Origin: Trichosphaerium sp. ATCC 40318
Lineage: Eukaryota > Protista > Tubulinea
Assembly: GCA_038496445.1 (NCBI GenBank)
Contig: JALMLS010000309.1
Span: forward strand, 62,001 to 126,000
Length of the DNA: 64,000 nt
Direction: 5' to 3'
Position numbers and translations under genes: made by a program. This document shows positions 13,394 to 30,939 of the stretch, in pieces; the first letter of the stretch is position 1, and each line of letters begins with the position of its first letter. A model generated the notes under the pieces. It did no database searches and was not told the origin of the DNA. It saw nothing but the letters and a program-made list of their open reading frames with translations.

Positions 13394-14934
13394 TTATTTT
13401 TGAACATGCTTCATTAAGCTCAGTTCTATAAGACCAGAACGTGGCTCATACCATTTTATATTATTTGTGACTGCATAATCTATAATAGTTGGTCTTATAA
13501 CTACGTTCCCTTCCTGATTTTGACCAACTCCTTGAAAAAAAGTTAAAACAAAACCAATCTTCCGTACAAATCTGCTTTTATTCTTACCTGTAATAACTTT
13601 TAATTTTGGAATTTGTAGCTCTCCTAAAAATATCATGCGTTCTTTAACAAATTCAAGTGCTTCTTGAGGGTGTAAGCCATGAAGGTCTATTTTTTCAAAA
13701 GGTAAATCATAATTTTTTGTAACAAAAATAAACTGTGCAGCATCTGTCATGAGTTTATCTGCTAATAGCGCGGTGGAATGGCCTTCTTTCGCAAACCTTC
13801 TCGCAGAGTTATGATCACCTCTTTTAATAAAATAACTTAGCTACACGTGACCTCATCATAAGTGTCCTGGCTTACCTTACATAACTATCTGAAGCTAAAT
13901 TGAATAACTTGTTTCTTTTCTGTTTAAGACGAACAGCTTTTGTACGATAAAACTGATATATGTCAGATGTAGGTGGAACTTTAGGTATTTCTAATATTGA
14001 TGGTAGATAAGGGTGGGCGTCTAAACCATTAGTTTTGGGAGTAGGAGCGGTTGTTGACTTGTTATTACTTCGAGAACCTAAACAATAAAAACCAAAGTGA
14101 GTTTTTTCAGTGTTTGTTCATGCACGTGCCTTTTTTTGGTTGCACGTGACCTCCTCTATATGCCTTTTGTTCTTTTTTCTTTGGTTTTTCATACCTATAA
14201 AGGTACTCCTCACCTTCTAGCTCAGCAACAATAGCGGCAGCGCAGTCAGACGGATTTTCGTATTGCATCAGTTTGGTACGAAGTGCTTGAGCGTCAACCC
14301 ACGGAAACATTTCTTGAAATGTTTCACATACTTCATCGCTAACTAGTTGGGATATTAACAATAAACAAACCCTCAAAAGCTCCAACAACAGGAGAAAAAA
14401 GGTCAATAGGCAAGTGCATTTTTTTGGATCTTAGCTCTTTTTCTGGAAACGATTTTGTTGGATTGGATAGTACATTTTTGTTCTGGTGGATATGTTGGAT
14501 TAACAACTGGTTCGTCTGCAAGTTTAGGAAAATCTTTTTGTAAGAAAACAGGTGGTTGGTGCCGTGATCCATATTTTAATGTTGTTTGCTGTTTCTGGGC
14601 TGCTGTTTTGGCGAATTCGTGCCAACCTATACCTAACAGTAAGCCTCGAACCGTGCGTTACCGCTACAGACATCCGGACCTTTATTTTGTATTTTAGTCC
14701 GCTTTTTACCGGTTTTGTGTTGTTTTTGCTTTGTAGGCGTTCTGTTGGTGTTAATAAGCGTATATGAGTTGTTTTTGCGTACTTTGGTATTGGTTTGGTA
14801 TCATACTCATCAAAATTCTCTAATAATCTCCTAGCAGCATCGTTAACGTCTGTTGACGCGTTAAGTGCTCTTTGCAATGTGTCATCGGATGCAGACGGAA
14901 AAATAGCCCGTAACATTGCCAAACCATCGTCCAT
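13394..14934 (-). CDS. CUE-CUE-DUF1771-Smr protein (Cue2/N4BP2-like endonuclease)
   Basis: CUE-like LAMLRAIFPSASDDTLQRAL and FQEMFPWVDAQALRTKL; DUF1771-like helix pair; Smr motifs IDLHGLHPQEAL and LKVITG. Start codon uncertain. Confidence 0.8.
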
Positions 14935-15412
14935 ATTACTTTCCAAGCTGTTGATCCAGAACTCGTATGTATTACACAGAAATCAAACGGTCTCGTTATT
15001 TCCAAAAGCAGTGTTTCGTTGAAGGAGTGTCAAAAAGTGCAACTAATGTAAGTCGCGTTCAGCGAAACGTTTTTGTTTGTAACTTACAGCTACATACCAG
15101 CCAATCAATTCTTTGAGTGCATATCCCAATCACATAGAAGTCCCAGACTAAAGGATAATAGGAGGGACATTTAGGCTAGCATAAGATGTGTCTGGCAGGC
15201 CTAACAGGTATGTATTTCACATTCTACTTCTTCCTTTTTAACCACCCTTAATTTAATACTATCAACGTGCACGCAACGAAAAGGTTGTTCACCTAAGCAA
15301 CGCTTTTTTAATATGAAGTCACATTCAACTGTTAACTCTTGAACAGAATGGTTTGGCACAAATAAAAATGGTGAACTACAAACTAGAATAGAAGTATCTG
15401 CATTTTATTTGG

Positions 15413-16738
15413 TTATTGGTATGGAGAAGCTTCAGCATAAGGAGTTTCTGGCCCACCCACTTGAAAAACCAAATAAGTATAAAAGATTTAAAACCTATTA
15501 GCAGTGTACCTGCGGCATCTGCGCTGCTTTGACCTTGCATACCGTTAGCTTGAGGAGCATATACCTGTTCCATTGGTGTGCCGTAAGGAACTGGTTCCTC
15601 AGCTTCTTGATAAGTAGAGGTGTTCATTTGTGGAGAAATAGTAGTTGTAGATTCTGATACAGTTGTTGAACGTCTAAAAAATATCTAAAGAGTTTGAGAT
15701 AAGAAACTAAAAGATAAAAAAAAAAGACAATATGAAAGAAGACAACAGATCGTACCATAAGTATCACAATACTAACCACGAATACAATCACAATAACTAT
15801 GGCTATCGGTATAATATATACGTAGGAAAGTACTCCTGAAGGATAGGGAGAGGGCGAGGGTTGAACAACAGGCTCTTTCAATTCTATATCAAGGCGAGGA
15901 CGTTGTGTCTGTTGTAGTTAATCATCAGAATATTATACTTCCTTTTACATACAGAAAAATCCCAAAAAGCATGGAATATGTGCCTCCTCTTGGAGAGATC
16001 AGGTCTCACAATTATAACAATAGAACTACGGCGGTCGTTCCAAGCTAGAATAAATATAAATAAGGAAAAAAGCGAGAAATCCTAGAAGATTGAAAGAAAA
16101 CGCACATGATTGCTCAACAACTTCTTGCAGTAGTGAATTTGGAATTTTCCACTCATTATCACTTCCGAATAGCCTAGCTTCGTCTATATGATCTACACCT
16201 ATCAATGTGGTGAGAAGCGTTATCTTCTTTTGTCGCATACCTAGGTCGGTATAGTTCCAATTATTTGAAAAATTACTCTCTGTAGAACAAAACCGTGGTG
16301 TTGGGTCTGGCTCTCTTACAATGTTAACAGTAAATGATCTGTCATAAAAGTATGATGGATCTAATGTAAGGATATGTAGTTCTATCCCTATGACCTATAG
16401 AGGGTTTGAAAGTTAGGAGAATCTTTTTTTTGGAGTACCCGAAGTTGATATGGGTTAAAAAAGATTTAGGAAAACAGAGAAAAGTAGTAAACATACATCA
16501 TCATCCCCTGTGATTTGTAAGTTATTGAATCGAAAATAAAGTGAAGCGCTCGAAGGTATATATTCGTTTTCACATTGAGGATTTGTTTGATTTTCCTGCA
16601 TGTATAAAATCGTATCAGCAGTCCGGCTAGTAATTCTGGCAGCTAATAAAGTCAAACAATCTTAAAAGTTTGATCTGTTTTACCGATAACCACTACGCCA
16701 CATAGTATGGCAATACATAAACTTTGTATGTGCATCAT
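15413..16738 (-). CDS. Uncharacterised type I membrane protein with Tyr/Pro-rich cytoplasmic tail
   Basis: Signal-like MMHIQSLCIAILCGVVVI; spliced ectodomain; TM YVYIIPIAIVIVIVFVVSIVILMIFF followed by RR; tail ends PETPYAEASPYQ*. Confidence 0.65.
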
Positions 16739-16883
16739 ATCGATCACGTGTTCTGTAGCCTAACAAACTACCCTTACTTAAATACAAACTTAACTACATC
16801 AAAATGTATTTAACAGATGCTACAGTCAAATCTTGTGAACGTGTGCACTCTTGTTTATTCGCCCAAAGTGAGAGGATGTTACA

Positions 16884-19800
16884 CTATTGTTTTTGATAAG
16901 CTCTGAACCATAGGGCTAAGTACAACGCAATAGAAATCTCGTCAGGTGGATCAATAAAATCTACAAGTAATAAATAATTGTAAAACACAGAGGATAGGAG
17001 TGCTTTGTTCTTACCATGTACATGTAATATACTTGGGATACCTAAAACAGAGATTAGTGAAGAACGAACAACAAGCCCATTACAATTGCTTATCATAAGA
17101 CTTCAAAAACTCGGAGAAAGCAACTGCGATGACGTACCATAGTTTTTGTTTGCAATATCGAACGCTTGATAAAGGTTCTTTGCCTTATCGTTCTAGTGAA
17201 CAAGAATTAGAGCGTTGGTTTATATCACGCGTAAACCACGTGCTTAGAAAACAGTCGTACCGTATTGTATCCATCAAAATTTGCGAAATTATTGTTTAAA
17301 CCGTGTATCAGAGCAAGGAACGCTAAGCCATTATGAAAGCTATCAACAAAATCCTACTTTCGTCAATAATGATCTTAATACTGAAAAAAGTGACTTCTTC
17401 CTAGCTTCAATGAGGACGTACAACAACATCAACACCTTTATATCCTTTAGTACGGTCCCTCACCCAGTGTAGTATAGCTATTCTATCTTTATAACCCTTG
17501 TAAGTCGCAGTCTATTAGCGTCAGTAGTCAGACCAAAAAATAAGAAACAAGAAAAAAGCTCCTGCCTTGAACTCTACAGAGTGAATGATTTGCCAAATAA
17601 CGTTCAACGTAACAACTTCGTGGCCATTAATAAAATCTAAAGCGTAAGCTAATATTATAATATAACAACAGGTGCATGGAATACCTTTAAGATTGCAAGA
17701 AATACTACAATCGAAATGTTTAGATAAAAGAAGCAAAGCACCATTTATATTCTTTGCTTTATCAGAGAAACTCTTTGGTTCCTTAACAGCCAATTTTTCA
17801 TTTTTTCTTGTCACAGCCTATAACGGTGTTATTTTCCAACGTCAGTATTTTACTCTTAATCACTTCTAAACTAAGAAAAAACCAGGAAATTTTGTTCATT
17901 ATTCTGCCTTGCACTAAACGGGCAATACAAGTTTCTCGAAACATGCAGGTAAATTACGGTGACAAGGTAGATGCACAAAGGTTTGTAAAACGCAAAAAAA
18001 CAACTTTTTAAACGATCTATGCTACGTACCATAACAAGGTATAATAGATTTTCTCCAGATGTAAAGTCTTTACAGATATCTTTAATTTGAATATTGACTA
18101 AAGCAAGCTTGGCATTACACCAACCCAAAAACGCCTATTGTAAAACAAAAAGGTAAGCTACAAAATGTATAACTTATTCCTCACCGCTTTTTGTTGAAGT
18201 TTATTTGTGCATGTTCGCTTTGCTATAACGAAAAGAAATGAGTATTCACGTGATAATTTAACCGATAAGCATGGCTTTTCAACGTACCTGGATCAGTACA
18301 ACAAAACTCTAAGTCTGGTTCATCTAAGTAAAACTGATTAATACATGAAAATCATGTAGAAAATCAACAAGCTAAAAGGTACCATCCTTATCGTCGTTCG
18401 AAGACTTAACAGGATCCAATCTAATGACAGGTCGGGAGTAATTTGTTCTATTGTTAGTTTGTGTCATTTTATCCCCAGAGAAATCAACAGTGTATGTATC
18501 AACACCATAGATTCCATGTTTGAGTACAACCTAAAAAACAATAAAATCCCTTAAACATTAAACAATCTTACCTGTGATAATTGGTAAGCATCGTTCAGTA
18601 GAAGGTTTGTGATAACATCATAGTGGTTAAACTCCCAATCACCATCCCTACAAACAATAAGCGCTGACTTTTTGATAACTGTTGTTGGTAGTTCTGCTGT
18701 AAACGCTAAATTCAATGGAGGCTAATTTTACTACGTACTCTCCCAAGCTTTTATTCCATGCACCCCAACACCATCTTTGCTCATTGGACTGGTCTGGAAC
18801 TAATTTGCTTTAATGGCTACTCAAGGAAATACAATAATAAGTCTTACTAATGACCTTCGGGATGTTCCCTTGCCGTACACGATCCTCTAGAAAAAGGTTG
18901 GATTCATGGACTGTTTGTTACAGTACTTACCAGCCACACGTGCTTTTATATTATCCAACACGTCTACATCGATTTCTGAACATGTATTAAAAAACACCGG
19001 CAAGAAAGTACAGTAGTTGTACCATTGCCATTCAAATGAAGAGTCTTGAGGTGCGTATTGTTTAACAGAGCAGTATACAAACGCTTTGCGGCAACCGTAT
19101 TGATCTGAGTGCCTTTGCCATTCGTAAGAAAATCAGCTCGAAAAAAGAAAAGACTCACGTTCCATATTCAATATCCTCAACCCGTCATTCCCAATAAGAG
19201 ATGCTGCAATCCTTGATGCTCCATCCAGCTTAATATTATTATCTAGAAAACATGTAAGCGCGTTTAACAACGAGTAGACATACGAGACAAGTCCAAGTGA
19301 GTCAGAGTGTTGTTTGATTCCAGAAGACTTGCTATAGAATTTGCTCCTCTCTTCGTAATACCATTTGCTATTGAAGGTTAGTATTGAGAAGGCTTCTATG
19401 GTTCTAGTACAAGCAATGTGTAAGAGCTTGAGTGAGTTATTCCATTGTAGACTCTCAGACAAATAAGTGGCACCATCGTTTCCTAGTTTATTCGCTAATC
19501 TTCGTAAGGACACGTGATGTTGTACTATAGTTATTTTTACCATCAAGATGAAGTGTCTCAAGACTCATATTACACTCAAGTGACTTCGCAAGGTATCTCA
19601 CACATGTTTTACTAATAGAGCAACCTAATCATCAGTCAGGCGAGGAAGAACCAGCCATGTAAAAAACTAGCAACTGTTCGTACCTGAAAGTGCTAATGTT
19701 GTCAGGTGACAGTTGTACGATAATCCCCAAGCTATATCTATACACGAACTAATACCCAAACTATGACCTTTGGTTTCCATGAGATAATGGATACAGAGGT

Positions 19801-20139
19801 TTTTTAGGTACCGCTCAACTTTAACGCGAGTAAAGTATCGTTTTTCTTTAAAACGATAGATAGAGCTCTAATATCGCCACTCTCTACGCTAATCTCCTCA
19901 TCTGACACGTGTCAACATAAAAAATGGAAAAATGGAAAGGAACTGGCGTATTTAAGGAGTATGTTACCTGATAGATCAGCTACAGTCTCTGTAAAGAGCG
20001 TGGCAAAGCGTTTCTGATAAAAAACGGTTAGAGTATAAAAACGTTTGTTACATAGCAAACGACGCACCTGGCGTTTTTCGAGGGACTTGGCCGGTGACGA
20101 AACAGCATACTCACCTATGGTTTTGAACCACGACGCCAT
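16884..20139 (-). CDS. Multidomain protein: ribonuclease-inhibitor-like LRRs, WWE domain and tandem calponin-homology (actin-binding) domains
   Basis: RI-type LRRs (NKLGNDGATYLSESLQWNNSLKLLHI); WWE (RWCWGAW...WEFNHYD...YTVDFSGDKMTQTNNRTNYSRPVIR); CH1 (QQKAAFLGWCN...DFTSGENLL...VTLNVIWQII); CH2 (ILHWVRDRTKGY...SFHNGLAFLALIH...PDEISIALYL). In-frame GT-AG joins link the domains. Confidence 0.75.
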
Positions 20140-20481
20140 CTTAGTGCAGAAAGAATTCAGGTACGAAGCCGCTTAATTAATACTTAACATCGCTTATCGT
20201 GCGAGATAACATGTGCAATGAGGATGACTGCTCTCTTAAAAAAGTACAATATTACACGCTTTTTTAGAGTTGCTATTGCCTACATCACTATATGATATGT
20301 GAATACAGAATACGTGAATTCAACTATTCAAAATATGTATGGCTACTATGTCCTCAAGCGTCAAACAATAAAAACGATTTTCAAGAGTATAAATAATTGT
20401 TTTAAAAGTGGAGTGCTTACATAATCTAGCTGTATACATGTTGCACCCCTTTAAGTCCTTTACTAAGGTCAATATCATGTG

Positions 20482-21500
20482 CTCCAGCAAGTGCTTTAAC
20501 ACCTTCGTCGGTTACTAAGGTGCTAGTGGTGAATAGTATGGACTCCAGCAAGTGCTTTAACACCTTCGTCGGTTACTAAGGTGCTAGTGGTGAATAGTAT
20601 GGACTCCAGCAAGTGCTTTAACACCTTCATCTGTTACTGAAGTGTTACATAGGTCAATAGTATGGACTCTAGCAAGTGCTTTAACACCTTCATCTGTTAC
20701 TGAAGTATGGCTAAGATCAATAGTGTGAACCCCTTTTAGTGCTTTAATACCCTCATCTGTTACTGAAGTACGACTAAGCCAGATTGTGTGAATGCCTTTG
20801 AGTGCTTTAATACCCTCATCTGTTACTTCAGTAAGGCGAAGGTCAATATTGTGAACCCCTTTGAGTGCTTTAATACCCTCATCTGTAACATATTTACAGT
20901 CATATAAAGTAATTTCATGAGCCCCTTTGAGTGCCATTATACCTTCATCGGTTACTGAAGTATGGCTAAGATCAATGGTGTGAACCCCTTTTAGTGCTTT
21001 AATACCCTCATCTGTAACATATTTACAGCCACATAAAGTAATTTTATGAGCCCCTTTGAGTGCTTTAATACCCTCATCTGTTACTGAAGTAAAGCGAAGG
21101 TCAATAGTGTGAACCCCTTTGAGTGCCTTAATACCCTCATCTGTTACTGAAGTACGACGAAGCCAGATTGTGTGAATGCCTTTGAGTGCCTTAATACCCT
21201 CATCTGTTACTGAAGTAAAGCGAAGGTCAATAGTGTGAACCCCTTTGAGTGCCTTAATACCCTCATCTGTTACTGAAGTAAAGCGAAGGTCAATAGTGTG
21301 AACCCCTTTGAGTGCCTTAATACCCTCATCTGTTACTGAAGTACGGACAAGGTAGATTGTGTGAACCCCTTTGAGTGCCTTAATACCCTCATCTGTTACT
21401 TCAGTATAGCCAAGATCAATACTGTGGACTCCTTTTAGTGCTTTAATACCCCAATCTGTAATATCTATACAGTTGTTCAAGTTAATGGTATGAACGCCAG
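20482..21500 (-). repeat. Tandem LRR-coding module array of copy B, including 61-nt degenerate units beyond the stop codon
   Basis: 66-nt period, with several identical adjacent units around 21080-21340. A 61-nt duplicated unit starts at 20520 and 20581. Confidence 0.92.
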
Positions 21501-22258
21501 CTAATGCTATCAGATCTTTATCTTTAACATGGGAAGAACATTTTAAGTATTGAGCGCCAGCTAGTAATAAATACATGGTATCTTGCAACCCAATTATTCG
21601 AATATCTGTATTGTTCATGATACCCTTGTACTGTCTTATCTTTACAATATCCAAAACACCCTTGATAAACACCTTTTCATACCCGACAACATCATGAATG
21701 ATATCACACATCAGATGACACGATTGAGCAACAGAAAATCTTGTTTCTCCTTCTGTATCGAATAGAATGTTTGAAATAATCTCTGGTGGAAAGTCAAGTA
21801 TATTTGGTTCTTTACGTATCAGAGGTTCACTCCTTGTGTAACATTAACACAAACAAAACTATTGCCAGTATTGTGTATGAGAATTGACGCAGATTATCGA
21901 TAACCTTTCATTTCGATAATATTTTTTATCACGTGACCAAACTCGAAGAAATCGATAATCTGAGTCAATTCTGAGGCTTTTTTTGAACGTACCCTCTTGT
22001 TTGGTTACTTTTTGGCAATGTGACATCCTTACAATGCAACGCAGGTTTATTCTTCATGTTTTCGACAGTATTCGGTTCTTGTAAAAGAAGAAACTTATCA
22101 AGCTGTTGTGTTATGCCTTTATTCATGATTTTTAATCCGTTTTCAAGCTGTTTGATGAAAATCTCGCGGTTCTTTGTTATTTTGACATTAAACGCTTCTG
22201 AGCGGTTCTCGCGATAGTACGCAAGCGCGTGTTCAACTGAAACACCCACAAAATCCAT
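20584..22258 (-). CDS. F-box/LRR protein, copy B (exons 22258-21993 and 21832-20584)
   Basis: Nearly identical to copy A from the promoter through the F-box, with the same intron. About 15 LRR modules in a different order, ending in a frameshifted module. Confidence 0.85.
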
Positions 22259-22562
22259 TGTTGAGTTGTTTTGATACTTTGTGTTTGAGCAATAAACGAA
22301 AAAACACTGAAAGGTTGACTTAACAGTTGAATATTAAGCCAGTGACAATCAATCTTGTCGTGAATACTAACGTATTGCTTGTGTTAGAACAATAAACGAA
22401 ATGCTGAAACATTGGCTTAAATGTTGATGTATAAGCCAACACCATCAGTAAGTGCCATTGCTTTAACATAATTATTGAGAGAGTTGGCCTGGTAAGAGTT
22501 TTATTATTGTTATTTTACTATTGTTTTTTGTGTTCCTGTTTTTTTCCTTCTTTTTTTTTTAA

Positions 22563-27621
<5,059 letters not shown>

Positions 27622-27756
27622 AATTAGGTGTAGGAAGGGATAAGGGCAACGGCAAGCATTTGGCACGATAAAACTTAACTAGTCGACCAGATTAAGTGAC
27701 AAACTATTGCATTTCGCGGGAAACAATACAGTGAGGAAAATAAAAGAGTGTCACAA
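27622..27756. promoter_or_regulatory. Short bidirectional promoter between Prp16 and SSRP1
   Basis: The two genes are head-to-head with ATGs only ~135 nt apart. Confidence 0.55.
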
Positions 27757-30731
27757 ATGAGCGCTCCTTTATTGACGTTTCAAAATATTGCTATTGGCGG
27801 AAAAGCCGTACCTGTATGTTATCTGTTCCGTTGGTTAAAAAAACCTGTTGTGCACTATGAACATCACTTTATAGAGCGTTTGCGGTGCTAACTGATTTAT
27901 AAGATTCTGGGTACATTAAAAATGAATTCAAGCGGTTTAGCGTGGCGCTCGCGTGGTGGTAAAATTGTTGCGGTCACAGCTACTGATTTAAAAGGTGCTT
28001 GGAAAGATTAAAGTTCTGCTTTGAACTAATTGCTCCTTCAAGGCGCCAAGTGGACGAGAATTAGTAAATACTTTCGTATATCGCTTATAGTGAAAGGCGG
28101 TAAAACACACAAATTTGATGGCTTTAGAAAAACAGTACGTTGGGCGGTTATTGCGCTATTATCACATTTTGACAATATTCTACAGGATAGTGAGAGTTTA
28201 CAGCAATTTTTCAGCGAGCATTACACAGTAACGCTTGGAGAGACACAACTAGCAACACAAGGATGGAACTGGGGCGATATTAAAATAAAAGGCAAGAAAA
28301 AATGCAGTTGCCATAAAAACGTTTACACACAATTTTTCTTCGCATTTGAGCTGTTTCGTGTATAAACAACATAACACGCTGTTATTTCGAGCAGTTAAAT
28401 CCTTTTTTCGTTGATATCTAGTGGAGCATTTGATCTTTTTTGTAGAAAATCAAAAAGCTGATAATAATATTCATTATTTTGTTTCCTTCTTCGTTGGCGT
28501 TTGCGTTTTTATTAATTTTTTTGTTTTCTATAGGATCTACCCTTGAATTTAGACCAGATCAACAAGAAAGTATCGCATTTGATTTACCTCTAGCTGAGGT
28601 ATCCGGTAGTTCAGTACATAAACAAGAAGTATCATTAAAATTCCATCACGATGACACTGTCAGTGGAGCAAACGTATGTCACCATTCCATATTTTGAAAA
28701 CAAAACAATACAAGCATGGTATTCCTATGTGTCAACCAGGAAAATTTGTTAAAAAGATCATAAGGAAACCTTGGAAGCTCGAAAGTTTGTTTTTTTTTAT
28801 TTGACATATTTTTGTTTGTTTTAGGTTGATAAACTTATTGATATGCGATTTTGGATTCCAAATGCTCAAGATGGAGAGATACTTGATAGTTCACCTGCTG
28901 AGAATTTTAATAAGAGTGTACTCGCTAAGGCTGATATTATGACAGCTACAGGAACACCTATTGTTTCTTTCCCACAGCTTACTATTGCCACACCAAGGTA
29001 CGTTCTCGAAGATCTTTTTTTTGTTTTGCTTATTTGATGTTTAGAGGTCGGTTCGATGTGGAGCTTTACCACTCTTTTGTGCAATTACATGGTACCAGCA
29101 GCGATTATACAATCAAGTACAATAATATTACAAGACTATTTCAACTACCAAAGCCAGATACCCACACATACTTCGTTGTACGTCCTTTGTTTTATCTTTT
29201 TGTGGTTTTGGAGCTTTTGTTTGTTTGTTCTCTTACCCCTGTCACGTGATATGTTATTATTGTATGCAGCTTATTAACGAGATTATCTAGGCGAGCATAG
29301 AACCACCAATTTGGCATGGTAGAACAAGTTATCCACACGTTGTTATGGAATTCAAAGAAAGCCAACGTATTGAAAAATTGCGCATTAACTTCCCTGATGA
29401 GTGCGTTCGCTGTTTTTTTGTTATTTTACTAATTATTATGAATTACTTTTTACTTTTGGTAAATACAATACGTTCCCACGTGAAAGTACACGTGTCGGGG
29501 TTTTTGAACAAGAAAGAAAACGAGTTTTTGAAAATACTTTGTACGTTGCTGTTTGTATCTAACTTGATTGTCAAAGGGAGGATCCTCGACTCAAGAAACT
29601 AAATCCTGTTATGTCTGGTTCAAAGCATTTGCTTGTTACTAAGGTATTCAAAGAACTTACTAGGAAACGTGTCACAGTTCCAAAGAGTTTTAAAAGGTAA
29701 GTCCATAGCATGGGTTTTTTTTATTACAAGTTATGTTCTTACTTTTGTTTTCTTTCTTTAGTTCAGCTGGTCATGCTGCTGTAAAGTGTACTCTGAAAAC
29801 TCACGATGGTTTACTATTCCCACTTGAGAAGAGTTTCTTCTTTGTACACAAACCGCCAACACACATTCGGTACGAAACGAACAAAGTTTTGATCTTTTTT
29901 TTTCCTCCTTTGCTGTTTTCTTGTGCTCTTAGCAGGACTTTTACTCTGTGTATTTATCCTCGTTTTATTTGTCACTGACCTTATTTAGGTTCGAAGAGAT
30001 CGCAAATGTTGAGTTCGCACGTGTTCGTATGGACACTGAAGCGAATAAAACATTCGATTTTATTGTTAATGGTCGTGGTGGTGCTAATTGGCATTTTACT
30101 TCTATGCACAAGAAGGAGTACTCTCCATTGTTTAATTTCATATCGAAGAAAAAACTTACTATCTTGGATGCAAGCGGACAAGGCGTGGTACATCTCTATG
30201 ATCGACAACCTTGAGCTTTTTTTTTTCTTCTTTTTTTTTGGCTCTTGAAGACGTTGTGGCTGTTTGACTCATTTTGGTTTAGATGTTACCTGATGAAGAA
30301 ATTGAAGATTATGAGAGAAAAACTAAATACAGTATGAGGAGTGAGAGAAACAGGAATTCCAGACAACGTGTACGTGTAGTTTTCTTTGAATTAATCTGCA
30401 AGGTTGCTGTGAATATTTTTTCTTACTTTTTTTTCTTAGATCCGACGTGCTATTCAGGCGAATGAAGTACCTGCAGATGAGGATGAGTCGGAAGATGAGG
30501 ATTTCCAAGTTCCTGAAGATGAAGCAGAGCCACCAGAGGAGTACGTGTAGATATTATTACCCAAGTCTGTTAACTCTTGATAAAAGATTCGATGATCAAT
30601 ATCTGAGTGATGAAGAAAAAGAACGTAAATCGAAGAAGCGTAAACGAAATGATCGTGAGTCTGATGAAGACGAAGTTTCTTTCGATGATGATGAACCTCC
30701 AGAGAAGAAAGCAAAGACAAAAGATGTCTAG
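27757..30731 (+). CDS. SSRP1: FACT complex subunit SSRP1/Pob3 (no HMG box)
   Basis: [54 protein letters not shown] and VEFARV...KTFDF motifs, then an acidic/basic tail. Confidence 0.95.
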
Positions 30732-30939
30732 TTGAGAAAAAGAAAAAAAGAAGAAAAAAAGACCAAAAAAAAAGGAAAAAAAATATGGGTTTATCCTTTG
30801 ACCTTGTACAAAGTTTCGTGTGGTTTTAAATGAATAACATCCGTATACGTCTAGTTATATTCTTTCTTGGATGTAAACTATTAGTAGTGTCAATAGTACC
30901 GTATTATTGCAAAGATTATTGTTTCACTAAACAACATAC

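Noticed and set aside
21833-21992. Apparent frameshift and early stop (KKPQN*) suggesting copy B is a pseudogene or has a separate upstream ORF
   Set aside because: The 1-nt indel lies inside the GTACGT...AG intron. Splicing restores the frame in both copies.
5887-22331. The inverted LRR copies as terminal inverted repeats of one large transposon (Polinton/Mutator-like)
   Set aside because: The interior holds ordinary intron-rich host genes. No transposase, integrase, polymerase, capsid gene or target-site duplication was seen.
27757-30731. SSRP1 lacking an HMG box
   Set aside because: Known Pob3-type architecture, not novel.
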